Source: Desulfatiglandales bacterium (GTDB taxonomy: Bacteria; Desulfobacterota; DSM-4660; Desulfatiglandales; HGW-15). Taken from it: 64,000 bases of DNA. Shown here piece after piece: positions 19,089 through 28,287 of this stretch (position 1 is its first letter; every line of letters begins with the position of its first letter). The stretch lies in the NCBI GenBank assembly GCA_963667015.2, contig CAXXJJ010000004.1, positions 1,760,001 to 1,824,000 of the forward strand. Reading direction: 5' to 3'. Below the pieces are notes generated by a model. The model had not been told where the DNA came from. It saw nothing but the letters and a program-made list of their open reading frames with translations, and ran no database searches. A program made the translations under genes and the position numbers.

Positions 19089-20327
19089 CTATTTTTTATT
19101 TGCCTCCGCCTCGTTCATCAACACATCCATTGGGGCAATAAAGTGACTTCCGGTCATTCTTATCATTTCATTATCACTCTTTGAACAGGTCTTTACCAGT
19201 TCCAGCAAAACGTTACCTGCGGTTGTGTGCTTCCAGAACCATTCCTTCAGGGCCTTGCTTGACAACCCTTCCTGACCGGGCTGCGCTGTAACACCTTCAA
19301 TATAGTAAGCCTTGAGGTCTTCTGCCGCAAGCTTGAGCGTTACTGATATATCCACATCATCACGTGGATTATCAGGGATATCACCCTTTACAAAAGAGTA
19401 TAAAAATTCACCCAGCGTAGATATTTCGATTCCGCTACCGCCTGCTGTAGTTCTTCCCCTCTTTTTTAACGCTATTTCATACCATGGATGCATGGCCTGA
19501 ATCTCCCTGATAAAACTTGTTTTAAGCAGGTCAGGGTCATCAGGTTTCTCTTCTTCAAAACTTACGGGACAGGATAACACCTCAACACCATCATCTGTTT
19601 CAGGCGCATCTTCCGGAAAATCATCTATAATAATTGGGCCATCATCTCTTTCGAACAGGCTCAGCAGTGAAAAAAGGACCTTTCGCTGAAAGCCTTTATC
19701 ATTAGGAACTCCAAGCGGACGGCCCAATTCAAATGGCACCCAGAGAGATCTTGGAGGTTTTACCTTCTCTGTATGGGGTCTTATCAGACTTATGTTTACG
19801 GTAGGAATTCCCTGTTCTTCAATCAGATGTGCAAGAACGCCGCCGGCGATCGTGCAGCCGGGTCAGACAGGAAAAAGAAGTACGGCGTCTACCTTATCCT
19901 TTTTTAGCAGAATCCCCAGTTCCTTTGCAGCAGTCTCGCTCTGCGTCATGGTTAAAGGTGTACCAAAGGCATAATGAAAATCAGCCAGGCTTCCTATGGT
20001 GCCCTCTTCTGCAAGTTCACGCAACCGGTCGATCGGGAAAACAACATTCAGATCCCTCTGGTAGCCGGTCCTGTCAAAGCTTGCGGCACCGTGTGACATT
20101 ACAAGGTCGCTGTTAACCGCATGACCAGGGATAACACGATACAGGTCAGCCTGCCCCATCTGAAAGGGTCTGTCACTCCGCATATGAAGTCCGGCAGTCG
20201 TAATCATAGCCACCCTTCTCCGGTTAAGGGGCGGCCCCTCGGCCCAGGGCTGGTTTTCAAATGAAGGACACTCCATGCCCATTAAAAAATTCTGTTCAAA
20301 TTCAGGTAAATTCGCCATTTGTACCAT
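19089..20327 (-). CDS. PrdB/GrdB-family selenoprotein (412 aa, Sec at TGA 19863-19865, UxxC) with a C-terminal extension
   Basis: ORFs 19863..20327 and 19089..19739 are one frame joined through TGA: ...DAVLLFPV-U-PGCTIAGGVLAHLIEEQGIPTVNISLIRPHTEKVKPPRSLWVPFELGRPLG...; family motifs VAMITTAG, DLNVVFPIDRLRELAEEG and IE..GIPTV span both halves. Confidence 0.88.
19830..19862 (-). promoter_or_regulatory. Candidate bacterial SECIS hairpin
   Basis: Starting 6 nt after UGA, UGCACGAUCGCC-[GGC]-GGCGUUCUUGCA pairs at 10 of 12 positions with a G-initiated apical loop. Confidence 0.7.
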
Positions 20328-20510
20328 TTCGCTTATCTCCCTTACGTCTTTTAGTGATTGTTATAATGAATATGTATTTTTATCAATGGTAAAAAATATA
20401 TTTTGCAGGGGAAAATAATTTAACATGTGGAATGATGAATAGCCCAAACTCCCACCTGCTTTTGGCCGATGGGTGTTTGGGGCGGTTGAAATGTTTTTGA
20501 TCAAGAAGAA

Positions 20511-21170
20511 TTACTTGACTTTAGGCATACCTCTTAATTCCATATAACCCATGGTCTGGTATTTACCGTTAAAGTATGGAGCAAGCTGAAGTGCACTGAA
20601 CATCATTGGCTTGGTAAGTCTTTTGATATCACATGGGTTATGTTCCAGACCTGCCGGGATATAGAGAACAGTAGCCTCGGTGATAACATGCCGTTCATAC
20701 TCCGGTCCCATAAAATATTCTATTTCTCCGTCAAAAGAACCAACCAGGTCCGGCAGTTCTGCACCCAGGAAGAACAGATATTCATCAGTATCATGATGAT
20801 GGGATTCCATCTCCAGCCTGTAGGGTTTTGTAAAAACCTGCCAGCCCATGTTTATTTTTGCACCGGGAAGATCGCTGTCGCCCCTGAAATATGCCTGCGG
20901 ACCTGCTACAACATCAGTTATGGTATTTTCCTTTAAGCTTGTGCTGAATAAATGGTCATATATGTGGCCGTCTGTACCCTTGGGCCATGGAGGAGGATCC
21001 CTGAAAAAAGGGGAATCTTTTTTCTTCTCTTCTTCCTTGGCACCAGCTACTATTGGGGCGCCCAATGTTGCAAGAGCGCTGGCAATAGCTGCCCCGGCTG
21101 CGCCTGCTGACACGCCTCTGAGCAAATTTCTTCTTCCTTCATCTACTTCATTGTCTTTTTTAGAACTCAT
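20511..21170 (-). CDS. Tat-signal cupin domain protein
   Basis: GRRNLL twin-arginine leader; HHHDTDEYLFF and YIPAGLEHNP cupin metal motifs. Confidence 0.8.
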   Translation of the reverse strand: MSSKKDNEVDEGRRNLLRGVSAGAAGAAIASALATLGAPIVAGAKEEEKKKDSPFFRDPPPWPKGTDGHIYDHLFSTSLKENTITDVVAGPQAYFRGDSDLPGAKINMGWQVFTKPYRLEMESHHHDTDEYLFFLGAELPDLVGSFDGEIEYFMGPEYERHVITEATVLYIPAGLEHNPCDIKRLTKPMMFSALQLAPYFNGKYQTMGYMELRGMPKVK

Positions 21171-21245
21171 CTATTTCTCCTTTCAATATATTAGTTCAAT
21201 AAAAAAAAGAATATCTCTCGCCTGTTCCCTTAGGTCACTCTATTT

Positions 21246-21320
21246 CGCAGAGAACGCAAAGAAATATTTTTTTATCAACAAAATTATTTCTTTGCTTTTT
21301 CTCTGTGGCCTCTGCGAGAC
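21246..21320. repeat. Imperfect intergenic inverted repeat (REP-like)
   Basis: CGCAGAGAACGCAAAGAAATA ... TATTTCTTTGCTTTTTCTCTGTG, followed by CTCTGCGAG. Confidence 0.5.
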
Positions 21321-21344
21321 ACATGTTTTTTCCTTTTCTGCACC

Positions 21345-22844
21345 CTATGCTTCCGGTGCTATAAAATTGGGGGGTGCAATAACATTCACATTCATTCTCA
21401 CCAGTGAATCGGAGATCTCCTTTCCATAGCTTCCTGCGATCATATTATGGTGAATTCCTACTATATTTTGCAGAAAACCCTTAATATCATTTATCTTTAT
21501 CTCGGCCATATTGGTGCAAAACTTGCGCATCTTACTGTATTCTGGCGGAGCGTCCTTAAAGGAAGGGGTAGCCCTGTCATCAACCATCTCCTGAACCCTT
21601 CCCGGCCATACTACAAAATCTTTCAGATCCTTGCTGAATCCGCCAATGGTAACATCAAGCCCAACAGGGTATTCTATTTCACAGGTTCCTCCCTTTCCCA
21701 TACCATGGTAATCCCTGAGGACATATGGCTGTTGAGGGGCATCAGGGCCAAAAATCTTTGTAGGGGCTACACAATGTCGGAGAATTGTGCTCGATTTTTG
21801 GATATCCAACGAAGAAACATTACTTTGAAAAGATGGCCTTCCACTGACTTCCTGTAACAGCATTGATGTAAGCATCATACATACATCGGCTTCACATGCA
21901 GCGGTTATTCCTTCGTCCCTCAGTCTTGTAAATGCGAGACAGGGAAGCGGGATAGTATTATCAGATCCGAATGAAAATGCCAGACAATCTACAGATACAG
22001 CGGACAGTCCTTCTTTGTCTACAAGAGATCGCAGCAGTAAATACATCCTGGAACTGTGAAGAATCATCTCATCCGAAAGCTCAACAATTTTTTTTGCTCC
22101 CTTTTTCCATCTTTCCATTTCTTTTCTGGCGGCAGCCTCATCAACACCTTTTATAAGCTCTTTCAGATCATCTATGGGGCGATGTATGACCCTGACGCCT
22201 GTTATATTATAAATATAATCCTCATTCAGGTTGGGTGAAGGTATACTTGTTGACCCGAAAGGTTTACTGAATATCATTGCTTTCTTGCCTTCCAGAGGTC
22301 TCGGAGCTGATACTACCTTTATCAGCTCAAGAGCATGAGCTTCCGAATTGGCGACAAGCGCATTTGTGCCTTTTATGCGGAATGATGCCGCAAGATCTGT
22401 CTCCCACATAATCAGCATATTATTTGCGGGAAGAAGAATTACAGGAATATCCAAGGTACCCATGCCTTCAGCGATATTTCTGGAGGACATGAACTGACCG
22501 GGCAGCATCATAAAAATAACATCCGCATTCTTATCTTTAATAGGCTTGAGAAGATCCTCAGGTTTTTTTAAATCGGCTTTTACCGTGAAAACCTGGATAT
22601 CATATTCCTTGATTGATTTAATCGACTCGATTATTTTTTCAAACTGCTCCGGAGCATCACTTATAAAAAGCAGATTTCTTTTCTTTCCGGCAGGGCTTGG
22701 TTTTACTCCGGAAAAAGCTACAGTATTCTGCATTGCAAAGCCGGTAGAAGGCAAGGCTGGTAGGCTTGCAGCCATCCCTGCAAGGGCTGTTGTTTTAAAA
22801 AAATCGCGCCTGCTTATCCGTGTCCATTTTGGTTGATCCTTCAT
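21345..22844 (-). CDS. Tat-signal L-fucose/L-arabinose isomerase-like protein
   Basis: SRRDFFK leader; VDCL..PCL, AACEAD, LRHC and C-terminal GIHH motifs of the FucI/AraA-like family. Confidence 0.7.
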   Translation of the reverse strand: MKDQPKWTRISRRDFFKTTALAGMAASLPALPSTGFAMQNTVAFSGVKPSPAGKKRNLLFISDAPEQFEKIIESIKSIKEYDIQVFTVKADLKKPEDLLKPIKDKNADVIFMMLPGQFMSSRNIAEGMGTLDIPVILLPANNMLIMWETDLAASFRIKGTNALVANSEAHALELIKVVSAPRPLEGKKAMIFSKPFGSTSIPSPNLNEDYIYNITGVRVIHRPIDDLKELIKGVDEAAARKEMERWKKGAKKIVELSDEMILHSSRMYLLLRSLVDKEGLSAVSVDCLAFSFGSDNTIPLPCLAFTRLRDEGITAACEADVCMMLTSMLLQEVSGRPSFQSNVSSLDIQKSSTILRHCVAPTKIFGPDAPQQPYVLRDYHGMGKGGTCEIEYPVGLDVTIGGFSKDLKDFVVWPGRVQEMVDDRATPSFKDAPPEYSKMRKFCTNMAEIKINDIKGFLQNIVGIHHNMIAGSYGKEISDSLVRMNVNVIAPPNFIAPEA

Positions 22845-23113
22845 CTATACATCCTCCTTTTATTTACATTACCTATCAGGTTATCCTTTTCATGCCATGG
22901 TTTTATTTATAGTTAAGTTACATATTATTTAGAATTCATCAATATCCTTATCAAATGAAGCTTTATGGAACCTGTAAATATGATTTTATCTGTTTAGCAA
23001 TTACCGGGATGTAAATCCCGATTTTATTATTGAGATGCGGTTTTGCATTGTAATACCCAATAATGAGCGAGTCAAACCTTAATATCAAAACTTGAAGTAT
23101 CTGTAATATTCTC

Positions 23114-23139
23114 TGTAACCATTTAAATCCTCCAACGTT
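23114..23139 (+). promoter_or_regulatory. ECF sigma promoter (target copy)
   Basis: TGTAACC-N15-CGTT, identical in boxes and spacing to the motif before the ECF sigma gene. Confidence 0.75.
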
Positions 23140-23222
23140 ATATAAGCAATATCAGGATACTCAGGTGTAAAAAATGCGACTGAAAAAGTCTCAACCAGAA
23201 TCAACCTTCAGGAGGTAAAAAA

Positions 23223-23507
23223 ATGGTTAAAAAATTATTTATAATCTCAACAGCAGCAATGATTATGTTTTCTCCCATGGCCTTTGCAAGAGGAGGAAAC
23301 GCAGGTGGAGGAAAAGGTAAAGCCTATTCAGGCTCTTTGAGCCAGGGAACAGCATCCCAGGTCAGGACTCGGATTAATACTCAAACCAGGACCAGGACAA
23401 AGCTTGGTGATGGTTCAGGCAAAACAACATCCGGTACAAAAGGCAGTGGAGATATGATCAGGGATAGAAAAAAGGATAAACTGCAGGACGGTTCATGTAA
23501 TGAATAA
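23223..23507 (+). CDS. Small secreted Gly/Thr/Arg-rich protein ending LQDGSC
   Basis: GGAGG RBS; signal peptide ending AFA; low-complexity basic mature part. Confidence 0.8.
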   Translation: MVKKLFIISTAAMIMFSPMAFARGGNAGGGKGKAYSGSLSQGTASQVRTRINTQTRTRTKLGDGSGKTTSGTKGSGDMIRDRKKDKLQDGSCNE

Positions 23508-23536
23508 GGGGTAATTTTAAAATAGGAGAGCTTAAA

Positions 23537-23704
23537 ATGAAAAAACTGATAATAATTTTTATTGTTTCCGTTTTTACACTTTGTGTATTCAGCCCTTTAA
23601 ATGCAGGGGAGAGCCCGGGTCCAGCTCCAAATTCAGGAGATGGCATTCCTGATGGAAGTGGTTTTCCGATACCTCCATCACCCGGACCCGGGAATGGGAA
23701 CTAG
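23537..23704 (+). CDS. Small secreted Pro/Gly peptide (55 aa) with a GPAPNSGDGIPDGSG motif
   Basis: Not in the ORF track. AGGAG RBS; MKKLIIIFIVSVFTLCVFSPLNA-GESPGPAPNSGDGIPDGSGFPIPPSPGPGNGN*. Confidence 0.8.
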   Translation: MKKLIIIFIVSVFTLCVFSPLNAGESPGPAPNSGDGIPDGSGFPIPPSPGPGNGN

Positions 23705-23737
23705 ACACTTTCTGCTTTAATCTTTTATCTTACCAAT

Positions 23738-23778
23738 AAAAGGCGTTAATTTTCAAAAAGTTAACGCTTTTTTCTTTT
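23738..23778 (+). terminator. Intrinsic terminator after the two small secreted genes
   Basis: GGCGTTAA..TTAACGCT stem followed by a T run. Confidence 0.7.
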
Positions 23779-23887
23779 CAATTCCATACAAGATGATAAT
23801 ATAGCAGAGACGTGTTTCAAGCCAGTCTCGACATACTAATATTGAAAACTCATCAAAATTGATTCATTGAAATCAGGAGTTCTTAAA

Positions 23888-25057
23888 ATGCAGAAACCAT
23901 CACCGATTAAATCCATAAGTATATTTTTAGTATTGATAGCATTTGTAGGAACTCTTTCAATGGTATCAGACAGACTTTGGGGAGGAAAAACGGAGTCTAT
24001 ACCCGAAATAAAGAATTTAACTATTGATACAAACATGAATATGAAAGAGTTTGGACTTGCAAATAATATCCCAAATCCTGCTCTAAAGGAGATTTTTTAT
24101 CTTCAGTCCAAATCAGATCTGGAAAAAAAACTCGCGGAATACGGAACACCGGAACAGGTCAAAACCCGTGTAATAAAAAAGATGGCTCTTACCGCTGAAC
24201 ACGAAAGCAAAAACTGGAAAAAAATCCTTATAAAATTTTTGCTGTGGGCTGCATTTTTGATTACAGTCTATTTCCGGTTCAGTAAACACAAAGTCAGCCA
24301 GAAGGCACGTAAAACAACACTCTTCCTATCTCTGCTGATCTTTGGTGTTATTCTGGGATCCGATCCAAGCCCGATGGGAACAGTAAAAGATGCGATTCAT
24401 CTGTTCGGATCTACAGGCGCAATATTTCCACCCCGCATGATGGCGCTTCTGGTATTCCTCCTGATGGTCTTTCTTGCAAATAAATATATATGCGCATGGG
24501 GCTGCCAGGTGGGCACCCTTCAGGACCTTATTTTCAGGGTTAACCAGACTGATAACATGAAGACAATCATTGGTAAACAGGTTAAAATTCCTTTTATCTT
24601 ATCAAACAGCACCCGCGTTCTTTTTCTGATCATTTTTACAATTGCCGCATTTTTATGGGGAACAGATATTGTTGAGCCCATTGACCCCTTCAGGATATAT
24701 AAACCGGCACACCTGGGAATTGTCGGTGCAATATTTGCCGGTATAATACTGATTATGAGCCTTTTTATTTACAGGCCATGGTGCCACTTCTTTTGTCCCT
24801 TTGGATTGGTTGGCTGGCTGGTAGAAAAAGCAGGAAGAGTAAAAATAACTGTTGACTATCAAACCTGCATTGCCTGCCAAAAGTGTGCGATATCGTGCCC
24901 GTCTACAGTTATGGGTGCTATTTTAAAACAGGATAAAATGACAATACCGGACTGTTTTGCCTGCTATGTATGCAGGGAAGTTTGTCCCACCGGGTCGATA
25001 AACTTCTCTAAAAGAAAGAGAACATTACCTCCGGCAGGACATTTTGAAAAAGATTAA
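23888..25057 (+). CDS. Membrane 4Fe-4S binding protein (NapH/MauN/YccM-like)
   Basis: Multiple TM helices; CAWGCQVG and WCHFFCPFG motifs; CxxCxxCxxxCP twice at the C-terminus. Confidence 0.85.
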   Translation: MQKPSPIKSISIFLVLIAFVGTLSMVSDRLWGGKTESIPEIKNLTIDTNMNMKEFGLANNIPNPALKEIFYLQSKSDLEKKLAEYGTPEQVKTRVIKKMALTAEHESKNWKKILIKFLLWAAFLITVYFRFSKHKVSQKARKTTLFLSLLIFGVILGSDPSPMGTVKDAIHLFGSTGAIFPPRMMALLVFLLMVFLANKYICAWGCQVGTLQDLIFRVNQTDNMKTIIGKQVKIPFILSNSTRVLFLIIFTIAAFLWGTDIVEPIDPFRIYKPAHLGIVGAIFAGIILIMSLFIYRPWCHFFCPFGLVGWLVEKAGRVKITVDYQTCIACQKCAISCPSTVMGAILKQDKMTIPDCFACYVCREVCPTGSINFSKRKRTLPPAGHFEKD

Positions 25058-25087
25058 TTCCGAATGGGTTGATACAGATCAATGGTC

Positions 25088-26077
25088 CTATCTGCCTCCT
25101 TTACCGCCACCTCCTCCTGAACCGCCGGAGCCTTGACCTGATCCTCCTCCACCCATACCTCCTCCACCCATGCCTCCTGAGCCACCACCAATACCTGAAC
25201 CGGCTCCGCCTGCTGCACCGCCTGCACCTCCCTGACCGCTCCCCATACCGGCTCCGTATCCGTTCCCGAAGCTGTTTCCGTTCATGGCATTGGCAGAGTT
25301 GATATAACCCTTTTGCGCCATAGCATCCACGGATGTACCTGAATTCATACCCCTTGAAAAGTTTTCTGCTATGGTAGTCGGATTATACTTTGCTCTTGCC
25401 TGGGTAACAAAGGCCTTTTCAAGTTGACGCATTTTCCCCTGATCATAACCGTTCCGCAGTGCGTTATCTACCACATCTACTACTGATGCGGAGCTGGCAC
25501 CCATACGAGCCATGGTCTTTATTGTCATGAGAGTCTGTATCTTTAAAGAAGTTGCGTCTCCGCTGTTTTGAGTCTTCTGACTTGTCAAAGTTCTGACCAT
25601 CCTGCCCATATGATTCTCAGTTACACCGGCAGCTAGAGATTCTGCAATCTGTCCGGTAAGGAGCCGGGCCTGCTTGCCGTCGCTATCCATCTGATGAGCA
25701 TACTGGCTGGCTGTCTGATAGCGTTCCTGAACCTTTTCCATTGCCTTAATAATATTTTCATTCTGTACGCGTTTCCCAATACCCTCATGAAGTTTACTCA
25801 TCACAGGTTCTTCGGAAAGCCCATTCTTCCTTGCTTCACCTACTATTTCATAGGCTTTTATCATCTGCTGCGCTGTGAACCGGCTCCGGAGCATTGATTG
25901 AGTCATCTTAACAACCCCCCGATTTTCAACACCAAGACGAATAACCTGTCTGGCTATCTCTTTTATCTGAGCAGGGGTATCGCCAGGGAGTTCATCATCC
26001 AGCACATCGGCAATCAATACCGAAGGCACAAAAAACACAAAAACCAGGCCTATTATAATTTTTTTAAGTAAATCCAT
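25088..26077 (-). CDS. Secreted helical protein with a Gly-rich tail (ECF operon)
   Basis: Signal peptide; long GGxG C-terminus; same strand as, and just downstream of, the ECF cluster. Confidence 0.75.
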   Translation of the reverse strand: MDLLKKIIIGLVFVFFVPSVLIADVLDDELPGDTPAQIKEIARQVIRLGVENRGVVKMTQSMLRSRFTAQQMIKAYEIVGEARKNGLSEEPVMSKLHEGIGKRVQNENIIKAMEKVQERYQTASQYAHQMDSDGKQARLLTGQIAESLAAGVTENHMGRMVRTLTSQKTQNSGDATSLKIQTLMTIKTMARMGASSASVVDVVDNALRNGYDQGKMRQLEKAFVTQARAKYNPTTIAENFSRGMNSGTSVDAMAQKGYINSANAMNGNSFGNGYGAGMGSGQGGAGGAAGGAGSGIGGGSGGMGGGGMGGGGSGQGSGGSGGGGGKGGR

Positions 26078-26125
26078 TTTATCCTCACAGCTATAATTTA
26101 TTAATATAATCCATTAAACAGGATA

Positions 26126-26461
26126 TCATCTCATCCCCAATAGAGGGTTATAAACACAATTCTCAGATCCAAAGTCATCCTTTTCCTTCATGTCACAGGC
26201 CGGAACGAGAACCTCGTCATCCACAAGATAGAAGTATTTGAACTCTTCATCAGAAGGGAAAACAGTCTCCCATATACCTGCACCAGAGTGGATCGCCTGA
26301 CGGGGTGTATATTCGTCAAGAGAACAAAGGACATAGACCTTTTCTGCTTTTTTATCTTTAAAATAAATATGAACTTCCTGGCCTATCACCTTGTATTCGT
26401 GGACAGTACATCCCGCACTTAATAGAACGAATATTGATAAAAGTGATAACAATGTCTTCAC
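26126..26461 (-). CDS. Lipoprotein with a CBM48/AMPK-like glycogen-binding domain
   Basis: Lipobox LSAGC; GIWE..FKYFYLVD..DDFGSEN. Confidence 0.75.
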   Translation of the reverse strand: MKTLLSLLSIFVLLSAGCTVHEYKVIGQEVHIYFKDKKAEKVYVLCSLDEYTPRQAIHSGAGIWETVFPSDEEFKYFYLVDDEVLVPACDMKEKDDFGSENCVYNPLLGMR

Positions 26462-26463
26462 CC

Positions 26464-27027
26464 CTATACCTCCACAAGTAAAACTGTATTTTCACTGCCG
26501 AAATCATCTCTCTCACGCAGCATGATTGTCGGATCAGCAATCTTTTTATCATCACCAACTATAAAAACATATTTGTGCTCCCCTTTTGTAACATCAAGTT
26601 CTATCTCCCAGTATCCGCTTGGTCCTATCATTTTCATGGGTACATCTTTCCAGTCAGTAAAACTGCCGGCAATCTGCACGCTGCTCGCATCCGGCTGGTA
26701 GATCAAGAACCTTTTCGAAACAGAGGAAATCTCGTTTTCAGGCTGGTTGATTGAAAATACAAAAAAAAGAACAAGAACTGCCACTGCCGCAAATTCTGCT
26801 ACCCTCAAAAACGGGGTATAAAATTTAAGATCAAATATTTTTGATTTTTCTTTTAAGGAAACCTGAGGCACTAATGACACAACATCAGAGCTAAGCAATT
26901 TTTCCTGTTCCAGTAAGTCAATAGATTCGTTATAGAACGGCTCTTCTTTATGTACCTTCCTGACAAAATCTATCTTTTCATCCAGGTTCAATTCATTATC
27001 AATAAACATACTTATATAATCACTCAT
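26464..27027 (-). CDS. Putative anti-sigma factor with an extracytoplasmic CBM48 domain
   Basis: N-terminal ISMFIDNEL anti-sigma-like helix; one TM; SVQIAGSFTDW..GYWEIEL..YVFIV..DP..DDFGSEN; overlaps the sigma gene stop. Confidence 0.8.
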   Translation of the reverse strand: MSDYISMFIDNELNLDEKIDFVRKVHKEEPFYNESIDLLEQEKLLSSDVVSLVPQVSLKEKSKIFDLKFYTPFLRVAEFAAVAVLVLFFVFSINQPENEISSVSKRFLIYQPDASSVQIAGSFTDWKDVPMKMIGPSGYWEIELDVTKGEHKYVFIVGDDKKIADPTIMLRERDDFGSENTVLLVEV

Positions 27028-27499
27028 GATAATTCTCCTGTAATATTTCCCTTAGTCTCAAACGGGCCCTGTGGACTTTTACCTTCACATTGCCCTCATT
27101 TATCCCTAAAACAGAGGCGATTTCTCTGTATTTAAGGTCCTCTGTCAGAACCAGGGCCAGTACCTCTCTTTCATCCTCTTCAAGTTTACTCATCGCAGAA
27201 AGTACCCTTCTGTATTCCTGTTTAATCCTGAAGTCATTCTCCTGATCTGCAGTCTGGTCAATAACATCATGTTCAAGATTATCTTTCTTTTTATCCCTGC
27301 GCCTCAGGTCTATCAAAACATTGCGTGCTATTGTATAGAGCAATGAATTATTCATTGTCTTATTTCGATATTTTTCAAGACAACGCATAAAACTTTCCTG
27401 CATTATGTCCATAGATAAATGGTAGTCTCCTGTTAACCGCATTAAATAAGAGAACAGTTTATCTTTTTGCCTTTTATAAAAGTCCTGAAAATTATCCAT
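27020..27499 (-). CDS. ECF RNA polymerase sigma factor
   Basis: Region 2 DIMQESF..LYTIARN; region 4 LKYREIASVLGINEGNVKVKVHRAR. Confidence 0.95.
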   Translation of the reverse strand: MDNFQDFYKRQKDKLFSYLMRLTGDYHLSMDIMQESFMRCLEKYRNKTMNNSLLYTIARNVLIDLRRRDKKKDNLEHDVIDQTADQENDFRIKQEYRRVLSAMSKLEEDEREVLALVLTEDLKYREIASVLGINEGNVKVKVHRARLRLREILQENYHE

Positions 27500-27509
27500 T
27501 TTATCTGTA

Positions 27510-27535
27510 AACGTTTTAGTTATCGAAAGGTTACA
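27510..27535 (-). promoter_or_regulatory. ECF sigma autoregulatory promoter (near-leaderless transcript)
   Basis: Minus strand TGTAACC-N15-CGTT ending 10 nt before the ATG; no SD sequence. Confidence 0.75.
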
Positions 27536-27737
27536 TTAATTTTTTAGGATAATGCATTTTTAATATTGGGAATATTTTATAATAATTCAGTTAAAAACTC
27601 CAGAAATGAGATCATATCTATCTTCGGAGATATAATACAGGGTATATTTTTACCTATTCTATCTGTTTTTGCCAATATTTTTCACAGGTTATTTCCCTTT
27701 CCCATGACATACTTCAAACAAAATTTGATAATATATT

Positions 27738-27764
27738 TAAGCAATTAAAGCAGTTTGTCGATAC
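27738..27764 (+). promoter_or_regulatory. sigma28-type promoter of the CheY-like operon
   Basis: TAAG-N15-GTCGATAC. Confidence 0.6.
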
Positions 27765-27836
27765 ATATACGAGTTATGAGAAATTTCAGATATATCTTAT
27801 CAGAGTAATAATTTTAAAACATTGTGAGGCTGTATT

Positions 27837-28199
27837 ATGAAAGTAATTATTGCCGATGATTCTCAGGTAATGAGAAACATTATACAAAATGCAATTAAGT
27901 CGATGGGAGTCGAAGTTTTCCAGGCAAGTAACGGGAATGAAGTATTTGATCACCTTGAAAAACAGGGCAATAATATAGGAGTTATATTCATGGACTGGAA
28001 CATGCCGGGGATGAATGGTTTTGACTGCCTGAAATCATTAAAGAAAAATGATAAATACAAAGATATTCCGGTATTAATGATCTCCACGGAAGCAGAAGAT
28101 GAAAAGGTTCAAATGGCCAAGGAGGCAGGTGCAAAGGGATATCTGTCAAAGCCATTTACACCTGAAAAGCTTATTAAATTTATAAATGAAACTATATAG
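27837..28199 (+). CDS. Single-domain response regulator, CheY-like
   Basis: IADDS, MDWNMPGMNG, MISTE, YLSKPFT. Confidence 0.92.
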   Translation: MKVIIADDSQVMRNIIQNAIKSMGVEVFQASNGNEVFDHLEKQGNNIGVIFMDWNMPGMNGFDCLKSLKKNDKYKDIPVLMISTEAEDEKVQMAKEAGAKGYLSKPFTPEKLIKFINETI

Positions 28200-28287
28200 G
28201 TTTCTACTACTTTAAATAATTTTACAAACGGACATCAGCCCGTATTAAACATATTTTCAGAAACTCTGAAATAATGGAGATTAACAG

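Noticed and set aside
25088..25260. Repetitive CCT/CCG-rich DNA (also 60970-61110) as a possible repeat array
   Set aside because: Explained by Gly-rich coding tails; there is no repeat-spacer structure.
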